DNA from: Selaginella moellendorffii
Lineage: Eukaryota; Plantae; Lycopodiophyta
Direction of reading: 5' to 3'
NCBI RefSeq assembly: GCF_000143415.4
Contig: NW_003314262.1
Coordinates: 2,400,998 to 2,464,997 of the forward strand
Length of the DNA: 64,000 nt
Shown: in pieces, positions 23,611 to 36,417 of the stretch
How positions within the stretch are numbered: position 1 is the first letter of the stretch
How the letters are laid out: every line of letters begins with the position of its first letter
Made by a program: the position numbers and the translations under genes
Notes under the pieces: model-generated
Databases searched by the model: none
The model's input: the letters and a program-made list of their open reading frames with translations, nothing else
What the model was told of the DNA's origin: nothing

Positions 23611-25122
23611 CTACGAAGGCTCGGGAGCTTCCGCTTTCGTGCTTTGTCGAACAGTAGCAAGCTGAGATCTCACAAACTTGCCGTAGGCTTGGAGAGCTTC
23701 GTCCCCGCCGAGAAATCTCCTCGTGAACCTTTCCGACGAGAGCATGATCATGTAAGGCTGCGAGAACTCCTTCCTGGCCAGGCCGCTCATGTAGAGCCAG
23801 TGCTGGAACGTCGTCCGCGGCACCACCTTTGCCTCCATGCTGAACGTGAGATACGACGAGAAGTGGCAAAGGCTGCTGAGCGGCTGCTTCATCACCCGGG
23901 TGTAGTACGCCAGCTTCTTGCTCAGGAGCTCGTCCCCGAGGTTGAAGATGCTGGGCTTCTTGCGCAGCAGCAGCGAGCACTCGTCGCGCGACAATCCATG
24001 GCGGAGGAGGAGATTGAGCCGGCCTTCCATCGCCTGGCTGTTTCTCGTCAACACTCCCGAGTGCGCGGACAGGAGGTAGTCGAGATCGTCGCCTTTGAAG
24101 TCGAGGCTGGCCAGGAACTCGAGCTTCGGTTTCACTCCTCGCTCGATGTTGAGCCCGACCATGGATGGATTCTTCCGCAGCATCAGCCGGACCTTGCTCC
24201 TTTGCATGCCCAAGCTCACGAAGTAGTCCACTTTCCCGGAGATCACCTTGAGCTTGCTGGTGGAGAAGCGAGGGAAGATGGTGATCACCCGGCACGCCTG
24301 ATCGCTGGAGAAGCCCAGCTCCTCGGTGAGATAGCCCACCACTGCGGTGAGACGCTCCGGGGTGACGGTGAGGATCTTTGGGAACTGGTAGATGATCTTG
24401 GTGATTTGCTCGCGGGAGAATCCCAAGCTCTCCATCGTCGTGATCCGGGGCTGGAGGTGTTTCTCCACGTCGTACTGGAGCACCATGGGAACGCACTGGA
24501 CGACCTTGCAGAAGGCCTTCTCGCTGCCGGCCTGCTCGAGCAAGAAGTTCGTCGTCTCCTCGAGAGTTTCCTTGTCGCTGGGACGCATCTGGACGATCCA
24601 CTTGCTGAGATCCACCTTGAATCGCTGGAAGGATAGCACCAGCGAGCAGAGGTTGGCGAGATTCTGCTGGAACTCGCTGGCATCCACTGCGAAGATCCAG
24701 CGCTTGTGCTGGCTCACAATCGTCGCCCAGATCTCCCTGTCCACGCGCAGCGCTGCCAGCGCCGCCGTGAGCTCCTGGAGGCGCTGCTCCACGTCCACGG
24801 CACTGCCGGCATTCGCGATTGGGCCCCAGAAGAGCATGCCCTTGAGATCATCGCCCTGGTAGCCGATTCTTTCCAGCGCGTCCAATCGCCGTGCGGCCTG
24901 CTCGCCGCTAAGCGCTGAGAGCTTGCCCGCGGTTGCGATGGGGATTCCCCGCGCTTGCAAGGCTCTGCAAAGCTCTGGATCTGGCGCCGGCGATGGCGCT
25001 GCTGCTGCTGTTGCAGCTCCCAGTGACGATGATTTTTCCGCGCATTTCGCGAGCTGGCCTACCGTCGACGAGGATCGCTTCTTCGTTCTGGCCACGGACA
25101 AGACGATCCGGCGGATCACCAT
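23611..25122 (-). CDS. mTERF family protein (organelle-targeted)
   Basis: Intronless ORF of about 500 aa with repeated mTERF units (LQYDVEKHLQPRI, LNIERGVKPKLEFL, LTFSMEAKVVPR). Confidence 0.9.
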   Translation of the reverse strand: MVIRRIVLSVARTKKRSSSTVGQLAKCAEKSSSLGAATAAAAPSPAPDPELCRALQARGIPIATAGKLSALSGEQAARRLDALERIGYQGDDLKGMLFWGPIANAGSAVDVEQRLQELTAALAALRVDREIWATIVSQHKRWIFAVDASEFQQNLANLCSLVLSFQRFKVDLSKWIVQMRPSDKETLEETTNFLLEQAGSEKAFCKVVQCVPMVLQYDVEKHLQPRITTMESLGFSREQITKIIYQFPKILTVTPERLTAVVGYLTEELGFSSDQACRVITIFPRFSTSKLKVISGKVDYFVSLGMQRSKVRLMLRKNPSMVGLNIERGVKPKLEFLASLDFKGDDLDYLLSAHSGVLTRNSQAMEGRLNLLLRHGLSRDECSLLLRKKPSIFNLGDELLSKKLAYYTRVMKQPLSSLCHFSSYLTFSMEAKVVPRTTFQHWLYMSGLARKEFSQPYMIMLSSERFTRRFLGGDEALQAYGKFVRSQLATVRQSTKAEAPEPS

Positions 25123-28077
25123 TCCATTCTTCACAAACCCTAAATGTGAATTTAGGGTTTCGACTCCGCATGCATTTCATGGCAATTTTGATTAATTTTT
25201 CAGATTCCAAGGAAATCAATATACCAATTATACTCTCTACGTGATTGCACAAAAAAATCTCTTGATGTAGCCAAGCACTAGAAGCTACAGGTTTATCATT
25301 CACTTGTTTGCATCCCTCCATTCACTAGGCATGATTGATCTTGTGGACAGTCGATATATGAACTAAATGTCTTAGTAGACATTATCCATTACATGGGCAT
25401 ATTTTTTTTCCTGTTATATAAATAATAAAAAAAATTGTTAAAAATACACTTGAGAGTATTTTTTTGCAATATTAACCATAATATTTGTGTGTTTTCATTT
25501 TTATCTTTACCATCTTGAAAAGTACTTGATGTTGCACTGTTGTATAAAAGTATATATCATTATACTGATTATTGCCCTTATTTCAGCCAAAAAACAAATA
25601 TAAGGTAATTCACAGTCTAAAAACTTTCAATATGAAAAAAACTTTTATGAAAGTTCATAATATTAAAATTTTCTAAGACAAACAAAAGGGCATTTTCTCC
25701 ATTATATTTTTCTCTACCATTAAGTTAACTGTATTACTTGTGTGGTGTATCAAATTAGTTCTAACATTTGAATCTTGACATATATGTAATAAATGTTTTC
25801 TTAATTATTAACTTGATCAACTAGTTTATATGCTTAGAGTGGGGGGACTTGAGAAAATTCCCAAGTTCTCTTATGTTGTATATATGTAGTTGAGGCTTAG
25901 AATTCATGTGGGTTGACCAAGGAGCACCTTGGGCACCAATTTTAAGCCTGGAATCCTTCAAGACGAGCCTTGGCCATACATGTAGCAACCTAAAATAATT
26001 TTTTTAGGTTTGGCAGGAAATGAAGCAATAATACAATTAGCGTGCCTAATAAAATTTAGAGGATATGGATTCACTACATTAACCTTTAAAGGGACAATCA
26101 AGTAGATCAAAAGTACTTACAGTAACATTAAAGGTGTAACCACAAGCTACAAATCAAGTAAAAGTTTGAAAATTTTGCATTTATATTTATAGTGGATTTC
26201 TAGGAAAATTTGACATTTTTAGCATCATTTTCCACTTTAAATTCTCATTTATTTGCAAAATAGAGTCTTGGGGATACTATGGTGAGCTAAAATCTTCATT
26301 TCATTCAAGCTAAAAAAAATATTTTTAGGAAATTTAAATGGATTTAGAACTTATGAAAACTCTAGAGGTAAGTGTTTGAAGTGTAATTTATGCAATATTT
26401 ATTTGCTCAATAAAGTGTTTTCACCACCAGGACTTCTCTAAGTCCACAAGATTTATTAAATGTGAGTTTTTCAAATTTAAACTTTTAGTTGTTTAAAGTT
26501 TATTTTCCTTTTACATTCCAGTTGACTTTGGTTCTTTCTTCATCCATAACTCTATTTCAATAGTAAAGAATACATTTATAAATAGTTTTGATACTTTAAC
26601 TGTCAAACTTTTAAATCCAAAATAGTGGAAGTGATTCAAATGATTTCAAACGAAAGATTAAAGCTAAAAAATGAAAGACATGGACATTAAAGGAGATAAC
26701 TAATTACACTAAGTGTTTAAATAATGCAAAGTATAGAAATAGGTTTATAGACATATCTAAAAGGAAAGATAATAGGTGAAAGTGGATTCAATAGTATTGT
26801 TGTGAGAATAAATATTGTTATAACTATTTTTAATGCAAGAAAAAATATGAGGACATAAAGAATGTTTACTTCAACATTCAGAAATGAGATCTTGATATTT
26901 CAAATAAGAAATCAAGCTATTGAAATATATCAAGTGACTAACGCATTGCTCAGAAATTACATCTTGATTTTCCAAAAAAGCTCTACAATGAAATGGATTA
27001 ACATGTTTTAGAAAGTGGTATTACACATTTATGTGGCCTTGTTTCTAACATATCAAGACAAAGAATTGTTGCTTCCAATAAGCATAATACACTATAGACT
27101 CAATTGTTGTAATCAAGTGAACCCTTATAATCAGTTATACTATATAGTTTACAAGCTTAAATCTAAGTCAAGAGCTAAGATTAGCTTTGAAGAGAGTAAG
27201 GGACAACACTCTAGAAATTGATTTGAAGAGACAGAGGGTGCCGAAAGGTGGTGAAGGGATGGTAAAGATGATGGAAAAAAGTCAAGAAGCACAAATAAAG
27301 CTTGTATAGAATCTTCACAAGCAAGCTATAATAAAGCAGCAAACAATGATTAACACTTTGACTTTGGAATCATAGCAAACACAAGAATGTTCAATCTACA
27401 AGATATGAAGGAGTAATTTACTTATCAAAGTGACTTATTTAAGATGTGGATTAGGAAGAGAATATAGCTTTTTCATTGGTGCAAACTCAATACATAATCC
27501 ATTACAATCGTTCTAAATCTAAATCCAAAAGTACTTCCAGCAACATTATTTTCTTTAGTATTATAATCTGGATTATAACTAAATTATATATACTAATGAT
27601 GGGCATAGCAATAGTTATAGGCCACTAATGCCTTAATACAACTTTTTATGTCAAGTTAACTTTACACTACTGATTTGGGCAAGGAACAACACAAACTTCT
27701 AAATTTCTCAATAGCAACTTAGCAAGATGACAGCTTAATGCTAATTGTTAATTCTCCCTTCTCCTTAATTCAATCTAGTGTTTAAGTTTAAATATAATTT
27801 AGAGAAAAATAATGATTAAGAAGAGGGAGAGGAAAATAGATCATGCTCAAGCTAAGGAAGATCTTGTCTTCCACACTCAAAGCACCTGAATCACAAGAAA
27901 ATAATGAGAATCCAAAATCCAAAACATCAAAATTCACTTTGCTCCATTTTATTTCAAAACCTAAAACTTTAACTTTTTGGGGAAAGTTTTAAATGAAGGA
28001 GGCATGGTTACAAGGAGAAAAGGTAAATGTGTATCAAAGAGGAAAGGTACAACTTTATTAACATCTCCACCACAACN

Positions 28078-31000
28078 NNNNNNNNNNNNNNNNNNNNNNN
28101 NNNNNNNNNNNNNNNNNNNNNNNNNNNNNNNNNNNNNNNNNNNNNNNNNNNNNNNNNNNNNNNNNNNNNNNNNNNNNNNNNNNNNNNNNNNNNNNNNNNN
28201 NNNNNNNNNNNNNNNNNNNNNNNNNNNNNNNNNNNNNNNNNNNNNNNNNNCCAAAAAAAAAAAAAAAAAAGGTTTACCCCCCCCCCGGGGTTCCCAAATT
28301 TCCCCCAATCCCCCCTTTGGGGGTAGGCCGGAACTAAAGGGGGGGCCCCCCTCCCCAAAGGGAAAAAAGCCAAGGCCCCCAAGCCCCCGGGTTTTTAACC
28401 CCCCAAAAGACCACAAAGTTTTTTTCGGGGGCCCTTAAAAACCTGGGGGGCAACCCTTGTTTGGGGGACCCGGGGCCAAAAGGCCCCATTGGGGTTCCTT
28501 TAAACCCCCCCCCCCCCCCCCCCCCCCCCACTTCCATCCCAAAGGGAAGGCCCAAGCCCCTGGGAAGGGCGAGGACCAATGAGCCGCAAGGTACTTAAGT
28601 GGGGCACTACTCCACATGAGCCGAGAGCACTGCAATCGGTTTCCCTTTTGGGAGTGGGAGCTGCTCTTGAGCACTTCCTTGGGTGGCCCCTCCGGTACCA
28701 CCCAAGTCCATGCTCACTCCCACCCAAGGCCCTTTGGCCTCAGTCTCAACATCAAATCAGTTTGGAAGCACCATTAGAGAGTTCCTTCAAGATTAGTTCC
28801 TAGATCTCACTATCCCTATTATACTTTTGGAACCTCCTGCAGCCCCACCCCCCCGGGAGACACACGCTTTGGGCTTTCACCCCTTGACCTGTATTAGTAT
28901 TCGGACTCGGTCTCGGACTCGATCTCGGGCCTGACTTTGGACTCAGTCTCGAACTCGATCTTCGACCCGATCTCAGACCTAATCTCGGACCTAATCTCGG
29001 ACATGATCTCGGACCTGATCTCGGACTCGATCTTGGACTTGATCTCAGACTCAATCTCGGATGCGATCTCGGATCTCGAACTCTGTCTCGAACTCGGCCT
29101 CGGACTCGATCCCGGACTCTATCTTGAACTTGGTCTCAGAGTCGGATCTTGACTCGATCTCAGACTTGGTCCCATCCGATGAACTCTTTGTCATTTTGGT
29201 CATCCTTTTGGGGATCCTTTATCCTATGACCCTCGGGGAATTAGTTCCTTACAACTCCACCACCCATAGAAGAAGTTCGATGCCCACATCGAACATTTCT
29301 TTTTATCCTACGACTTGTTGACCATGTCTCCAAGGGATCCCCCCACTTAGCAGTGTGCTTAAGTTAGCCTCCCCAGCCAAGAGCCCATAACAATGGAATA
29401 TAAGTGTCCCTATACCCCTCACCTCACCACACCCTAGTATGGGGTCGGGATTTGAACCTAGCTTTGCTTTACTAGGGGGTTGGGACTCAAACCCAACCTC
29501 CGTAGAATATGCCTACGGATTCAACATCCCCGCGGGGAGTCGGGTGTAGTGCCCTATGCGTGGTCGACCTAGCTAACCTATGCTAATTAGCTTACCTTCA
29601 ATGTGCCTTCGGGTCCCAACATATGCCATTGCTCAACTTCATAAATTGATACTTTAATTGAACTTTGCATAAGTACATAGAGTTCTGCCTTGCAGAAATT
29701 CCTCCACTAGATTTCATGTGTTCACTAGGTTCTCCTCCAGTTCCCATGTTACTTCGCAGTGTGGAAATCCTTTCCACTTCACATGGAACTCTCTCACCTC
29801 GCGTCCTTGTCACTTGCTCTTGTGCGCATTGAGGATGGCCTCGACTTCGTATTCCTCTTCCTCTTGGATAACCTCAGGTAAAGGTCTTACTTGGTCCTTG
29901 CGAAGCGGATCCTCAAAGTACGGCTCGAGTAAGTTCACGTGGAACATTGGGTGCATCTTCCCCATCTCTCGAGGAAGTCAGAGGTAGTAAGCCACTTTAC
30001 CGATTCGTGCCTCAATCTCGTAAGGCCCCATGAACCTGCTGAAGGAACTCAAGATTAATTCATTTACAGGAATACATGCATTTTTACCTTTAGGTCAACT
30101 TCCGATTGATCCCACTTGGTAGCTTAAGGTTCTTAGTGTTCAGCCACACCTTCTCCCCAACTTGGAACTTTACATCTCGACGCTTTTGATTCGCGTACTT
30201 GGTTGTCCTTTGTTGAGCCCATTCCAAGGAATCCCTCACTAGATTCCAAATGTTGAGCATTTCCGCCGTGAATGCCTCCGTTGCGGGTAACTCTCCATGA
30301 TACTCGGCCATGCTGAGTTCCACAGGACCTTTAATAGCTCGCCCATTGATGACTTCCCATGGACTCACCCCGATACTCGAGTGTGGTGAGTTGTTATAGC
30401 ACATTTCCGCAAATCTCAAATGACTTACCCAACAGGTCTAGTCTCCCGAGACATAGCATCACAAATAATCCTCCAGCTACCTATTCACCCTTTCTGTTTG
30501 TCCATCTGTCAAGAAGTGTTAGTGCCATCAAACTTGACTTAATACCCAATACCTGTCTGTGGGTGATAGGCTATGCTGAATTTCAACTTGGTGCAATACT
30601 GTTCCAGAAGAGTTCTCCAAAACCTACTAGTGAAGATCTTATCTTGATCTAAGATGATCTCTTCTGGCCTTCCCTACACTCGAACTACTTATTCGAAGAA
30701 TAATGTTGCCACACCTTCCGGATCCACTTCCGTTGTGGTGGGTATGAAATGTGCCATATTCGAAAATCGGTCCACCACTACGAATATCGCATCAAAGCCC
30801 TCACTTGGGGGGAGTCCCGTGATGAAGTCCATCGTAAGACATTTCCATGGATTATCTGGAATTAGGATGCTTTGTAACAGGCCCCCACTAGCTTTAGTGA
30901 CCTGTCGACATGTTTGACCTGTCTACATATTAGACATGTCTTTATATAGTCTTAGACGTCCTTAGCCATATCTGGCCAGTGGTACTTGCTCTTGAGTAAG

Positions 31001-34000
31001 CCCATTGTCTTGGGCACTCTGCCATGTCCCACAAAAAGTCTGTCATGATACTCTTCTAAGGCTACCTTCCTTAGTACCCCTTCTAGAACATACACCCTCG
31101 TTTGCTTGTAATAGATGAATCTATTGTGTTCTGCATAGCCCATTTTCTCTTCCGTTGGCAACTCACTTCTCTGGTGAGCTTTCTATTTTGCTCTCTTTAG
31201 CATACAGCTAGTGTTCTCTTAGTTTCTCAAACACCTTCGTCAAATGTTCGGCATGCTCCTCTAGCGATTCGCTATAGATCAGGATGTCATCAACATAAAC
31301 GACCATAAAGTGATCTAGATAGAGTACAAAGATGTGGTTCATCAATGCCGAAAACATTGCCAGTGCATTGCATAGCCCGAAGGGCATCACCAGAAACTCA
31401 AAGCTCCCATACCTTGTTTGACAGATTGTCTTCTTGACATCTTCCTCTGCTACCTTGATCTGGTAATATCTTGACTTTAAGTCAATCCTCGAGAAGTAAT
31501 TTGCCTATCCCAACCTATCAAACAAGTCCTCAATCCTTGGCAAAGGGTATTTGTTCTTCTTTGTATATTTGTTGAGTAACCAGTAGTCTATACACATGCG
31601 CATAGATCCATCTTTCTTTTTCACAAATAACACCGACACCCCATATGGCAACTTGCTCAACCTAACATACCCTTTGTCCACCAACTCCTCTAGTTGGTGC
31701 TTGAGCTCCTCGAGTTCTGTTTCGTTCAAAAGATAGGGGGGATAAACCACTGCCTCAACACCCTCAACTAGCTCAATCTTATATTCTATCAGTTGTGCAG
31801 GGGGCAACCTCGGCGGTAGCCCCTCAAGCATGGTATCCTGGAATTGGTCCAACACCCACTGGATCATTAAAGGTATTTCTTCTGTTCCTGTCTTTTTGTC
31901 ACTCTTCACCGAGAGTAAACACAAAAATGCTACCTCAGTTCCTTTAGTGAGTTATCCTCTCGTGGACACCAAGTTTAGGCAAGAATCTTTGGCCTTGCAT
32001 TGCCCTACCTTTAGATCCTGGGCCTCCACCCTGGATCTTCTTCCTTGGGCATTCGCTAGTACCACAAGGTTCCTACCTTGCCCATACAGGGTTATCACGA
32101 ACTGATTGAATCAATCCATCCCGAAGATCACATCAAATCCTGCTATGTCCAACACGGTGAAATCCATGTCTACTTTCCATGTCCCTACTTCGACTCTCAC
32201 TTGTCGAAATACCTCATCGGTGCTTTGGCTACTTTGAACAAACTCTATAGTCCTTGGTTCACCCAGCCGTTGCACTATTAATGCAGCTTGCCAGACTATG
32301 TCTGCGGCCACAAAATTATCTAAAGCACCCGTGTCAATAGGGATCTTAACAAAGCTACCTCCGAGCTTCCCTCGAAGGGTTAGTAGATGTCACAAATGAC
32401 TCTTTACCAAAGTTGCTCATGTAATGAGTAACTTTGAGCTAGGGACTAGATCATATACCTCAATTTGGATTTCACTCGACTTAATGGCCATATTGGCTCT
32501 GGCTTTCTTCGGGTAGGGACATTCCCTCGAAAAGTGTCCCGCTTTACTACAGTTGTAGCATACATTATTTCCCACGCCACTAACTAACTTGACCTTCTTA
32601 TCTGTGGGTTTGTCTCTTTTTGCTTGACTCCCCCACGTACTTGTTCGCTGGCCACCAGATTTGCCTTTTCGGAACCCTGAGGATTCATTCTTAGAGAAAC
32701 TCTTCTTGAATTTCCTTTTGCAATACATTCCCCTTGGTTTGGCCCCTTTGCTAAATATGGACCCTGACCCCATCGTGTTCCCCTTTCGCAGGTTATTGTT
32801 AAAATGCACCTTGATGGCCGCATCCAACACTTTTTTATAATTGGTCGGGTTCCAATACATCACCTCACAAAGAACTCAAGTTTGCAAGCCTAATATGAAG
32901 GCATGGAATACATCCATATCCCCCATGTCCGTGACCAATATCCTCTTTGCCATAAACCCATTCACATACTCCTGAATGGTTCTGGTCTGCTTCAGCGTAC
33001 TCAACTTGTCTCTTAGATGCAGAGTAACATTCGGAGGAATGTAAGTCATACGGATCCTTGCCTTCATCATTTCCCAAGTGGCCACCGGCATTGGCCTCTG
33101 TCGTTTTTCATCATTTCCCAAGTGGCCACCGGTCCTTCGTTGGCCTCTGTCATTTTCCACCAAGACTTGGCATTATCTGCCAAGTATGATTTTGCACATG
33201 AGACCTTCTCTGAGCTTGGTAACCGCAACGCTCAGAAGTAGTCCTCCATATCATAAAACTAATCCTCCACCACCTTATAATCATTCACTCCCATAAAGAC
33301 TGATGGGGGCTTTGGTTTGTACTTGGGAACTCCTTGAGGGACTGATTCCACTTCAGTCTGTTCGACCTTGTTTGGTTTTGCCTCAGTCCCTGCCGAAGGG
33401 TCCGCACCTTTTGTGCTGCCAGCATCTGCAGTCTTTTGCTTTTTCTTCCACTTCTCGTCACGCTTTAGCTTGTGTACAAGAGTCTCTAGCAAGGCATTGG
33501 TCTGTGCCAATTGTCCTTCTAAAATGTCCAATTGAGTATTGGACGACCGAACCTCGCCACCGGACTCCTGTTTGGAAGTTTCCTCACTGGAATCCTCCTC
33601 ATGCAAGGATTCCTCATCTATAGCCTCTTGTTCGACTGGAGGCTCCAGCTCTGGCAGAGGTTCTATCTCCACCTTGGTTCATATCTGCCCTGCCTTTGCC
33701 ATATCCCAGCAATCCACCTCTATCCTTCGCTAGAACTGAGGAAAAGGCTCCAATACCAAATTGTAAGCCACAAATTTTTCCTTTTCAATTTGCCAGCTTA
33801 CCTCATCTATCCGATCAACACTACTTTGGCTTTTGTTAAGTTCCCTCGCCAAGGTTCCTGCTTATTGTACCAGCTTCTACTTGGTCCTACTTGGTTTCAA
33901 CTACTCACTACACGAGCAACAAAGCGTTAGCCATCCATCCATGGATTCCCAAATCTCCCCCAATCCCCCTCTCTGGGTTAGACTGNNNNNNNNNNNNNNN

Positions 34001-35004
34001 NNNNNNNNNNNNNNNNNNNNNNNNNNNNNNNNNNNNNNNNNNNNNNNNNNNNNNNNNNNNNNNNNNNNNNNNNNNNNNNNNNNNNNNNNNNNNNNNNNNN
34101 NNNNNNNNNNNNNNNNNNNNNNNNNNNNNNNNNNNNNNNNNNNNNNNNNNNNNNNNNNNNNNNNNNNNNNNNNNNNNNNNNNNNNNNNNNNNNNNNNNNN
34201 NNNNNNNNNNNNNNNNNNNNNNNNNNNNNNNNNNNNNNNNNNNNNNNNNNNNNNNNNNNNNNNNNNNNNNNNNNNNNNNNNNNNNNNNNNNNNNNNNNNN
34301 NNNNNNNNNNNNNNNNNNNNNNNNNNNNNNNNNNNNNNNNNNNNNNNNNNNNNNNNNNNNNNNNNNNNNNNNNNNNNNNNNNNNNNNNNNNNNNNNNNNN
34401 NNNNNNNNNNNNNNNNNNNNNNNNNNNNNNNNNNNNNNNNNNNNNNNNNNNNNNNNNNNNNNNNNNNNNNNNNNNNNNNNNNGTTGATCCGGAATTGGGT
34501 TGGGAAACCCCACGGGAGAGTTCCCTTAAGTTATGTTTCTGGCCCGCCGACACCTTGGAAATACTTTGGGAACCCCCTGCAGCCCCCCCCCCCCCCCCCC
34601 TTCTGGGAGATGCATGTTTTGGGCTTTCACCCCTTGACCTATATTGGGATTCGGACTTGGTCTTGGACTTGATCTTGGACTTGATCTCGGACCCGATCTC
34701 GAACTCAATCTCGAACGCGATCTCGGACTCGATCTCAAACCCAATCTCGAACTCAACTTCGGACTCGACCTCGGACTCGGTCTCGGACCCGATCTCGGAT
34801 CTCAGACTCTGTCTCAAACTCGGTCTCCGAGTCGGCCTCGGACTCAATCCCAGACTCAATCCCAGACTCTATCTCGAACTCAGTCTCAGAGTCGGTTTTG
34901 AACTCGATCTCAGACTCAGTCCTATCCAATGAACACTTTTTTCATTTCGGTCATGCTTTCGGGGATCCTTTAGCCTATGACCCTTGGGGAGTTGGTTCCT
35001 TACA
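28078..35004 (-). mobile_element. Chromoviral Ty3/gypsy LTR retrotransposon, copy A (decayed, RNase H deleted)
   Basis: 5' LTR 33762-35004 (TG...CA), tRNA-iMet PBS about 33747-33758, gag with CCHC knuckle, protease, RT (YVDD), integrase and chromodomain remnants, PPT about 29255-29265, and a 3' LTR from 29253 into the gap. The right flank CAACA and left flank CAAC(N) fit a 5-bp TSD. Confidence 0.92.
28900..29170. repeat. Degenerate CpG-rich 6/12-bp tandem array inside the LTR (also at about 34640-34920, 57005-57290 and 63605-63890)
   Basis: Reiterated CTCGGA/CTCGAT/CTCGAA units at the same position in all four LTRs. Confidence 0.9.
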
Positions 35005-35229
35005 CAACACTTCCAGGTTTTTATAAGTAAATACTTATTAAGAGAGGAAACACTATAGAACTTACTATGCTTTTATAGTTTACTTTATAAGAAAACAGTA
35101 ATAAAGTGTATAGACAAACTAAGATCTTGAAAGGACATTGAAGAATTTGAACAGGATGGGCTAAGTGAGAGGGTTGCATCCAAAAAGTATAACATTTTGA
35201 GGTTGTTGTTATCAATCTGGAGAAATGGA

Positions 35230-36150
35230 GTTTAAATAAAAAAAACCAAAGGACCTAAAATTGTGCTTACACTTGAGGAAGAGGAGATCCTTAAGAAATT
35301 CCTCATAACTCATCAAGAATCAAACATTTAATGTAGAAAGTCGATGTTATAGAATTAATAACTTTCTTTACCTTTTGCAAAGAAACAAACCTATTCTCTT
35401 ATATAACTCTTGGATAATCCTAGTGGAATGAATTTTTGAAATGCCACCCAAAGATCATATATAGAACTAGAAAACCATTAAAAGTTAACTACACAAACTT
35501 CATGAGTAAACCTATTATAAATGCATTTTACCAAAACTTGAGGATACACACTAAAGTAAATATGAAACTATAATGAAGTTGAAATATTTACTAGTCAAAC
35601 TCAAGGTGTAAAGGTGTTAGCTCTACAAGGTTCAAAATCAGTCTATATAATCATTCCAAACAACACTGAACATCTCACTGTGTTGACATATTGCAATGCA
35701 GCTGGACAAATGATTCTAAATATGTATATTTTCCAATCAAAAAAAAGAATGTCTAACTGGACAACATGTTGCAAGTCAAGATATGCATTAGCAATCAGTA
35801 AAAACACATGAATCAACAGTGTTTTATATCTTGGCTAGCTTCTTTGCAAGATCTACAGACCATACATCTAAACACCATCACCTTCTTATAACAAATGGTC
35901 ACAAGAGCCATTGCAACTTCGTAGCTTTGGTGAAAGCAATGTCCTTAAGCATCGACATAACACTAATCCCACCTTATAGATCACATAAATTACAACCACT
36001 TAACCTTAATCTCTTTAGGCTATTCAAAACTAACTTTAAGAAGCTTGTTAACTGAATGGCAAGAATAACAACCACAAAGGATATTGTTTAGTTGGTTTCA
36101 AAAGTATCACTTCATGCATGCTCAAAGAGTAACATTAAAGTTGAATTCAA
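35230..36150 (+). mobile_element. Degenerate pogo/Fot1-like (DDE_1) DNA transposase remnant
   Basis: Broken frames with HLTVLTYCNAAGQMIL, LLITNGHKSH and LIPPYRSHKLQPLNLNLF, typical of pogo-type DDE_1 domains. Confidence 0.75.
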
Positions 36151-36362
36151 ACACTACAGCTATTGAACAACACAAAAATGGATAATGAGTATGGAGCAAA
36201 TGTATTATATATAACTATTTTGGAAGAAGTTCAAGTAACAAAGGAATTAGTGTGTAAGCAACCAAAGTTAACGATTTGAAAAACGATTCATAGGGTTCAA
36301 ATATAAAGGGAAAGGGCCCGTAAACAAAAGTGCACCCAATTATAAATTTTGGGATATTTAGG

Positions 36363-36417
36363 GTTAAACGTCTTTAGGTTAGAATAGTACTGGGTTGGGT
36401 GACTTCGTGGGAAGTCC
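36363..36417 (+). other. 5S rRNA-derived internal control region fragment (Cassandra-TRIM-like or 5S pseudogene)
   Basis: Ungapped match of about 44/55 nt to the recalled plant 5S segment GTTAAGCGTG...GGGTGACCTCCTGGGAAGTCC. The 5S 5' and 3' ends are absent. Confidence 0.65.

Noticed and set aside
23512-24636. Long ORFs (374 aa on +, 360 aa on -) overlapping mTERF, and similar ones over the oxidase and TEDC1
   Set aside because: These are shadow frames of GC-rich coding sequence with no recognisable motifs.
25300-28076. AT-rich stretch with coding-like patches
   Set aside because: No sustained frame or recognisable motif, so it is left unannotated.
27961-28560. ORFs spanning N-runs and homopolymer-rich sequence beside the gap (also 33833-34859)
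   Set aside because: Artefacts of assembly gaps and low-quality read ends.
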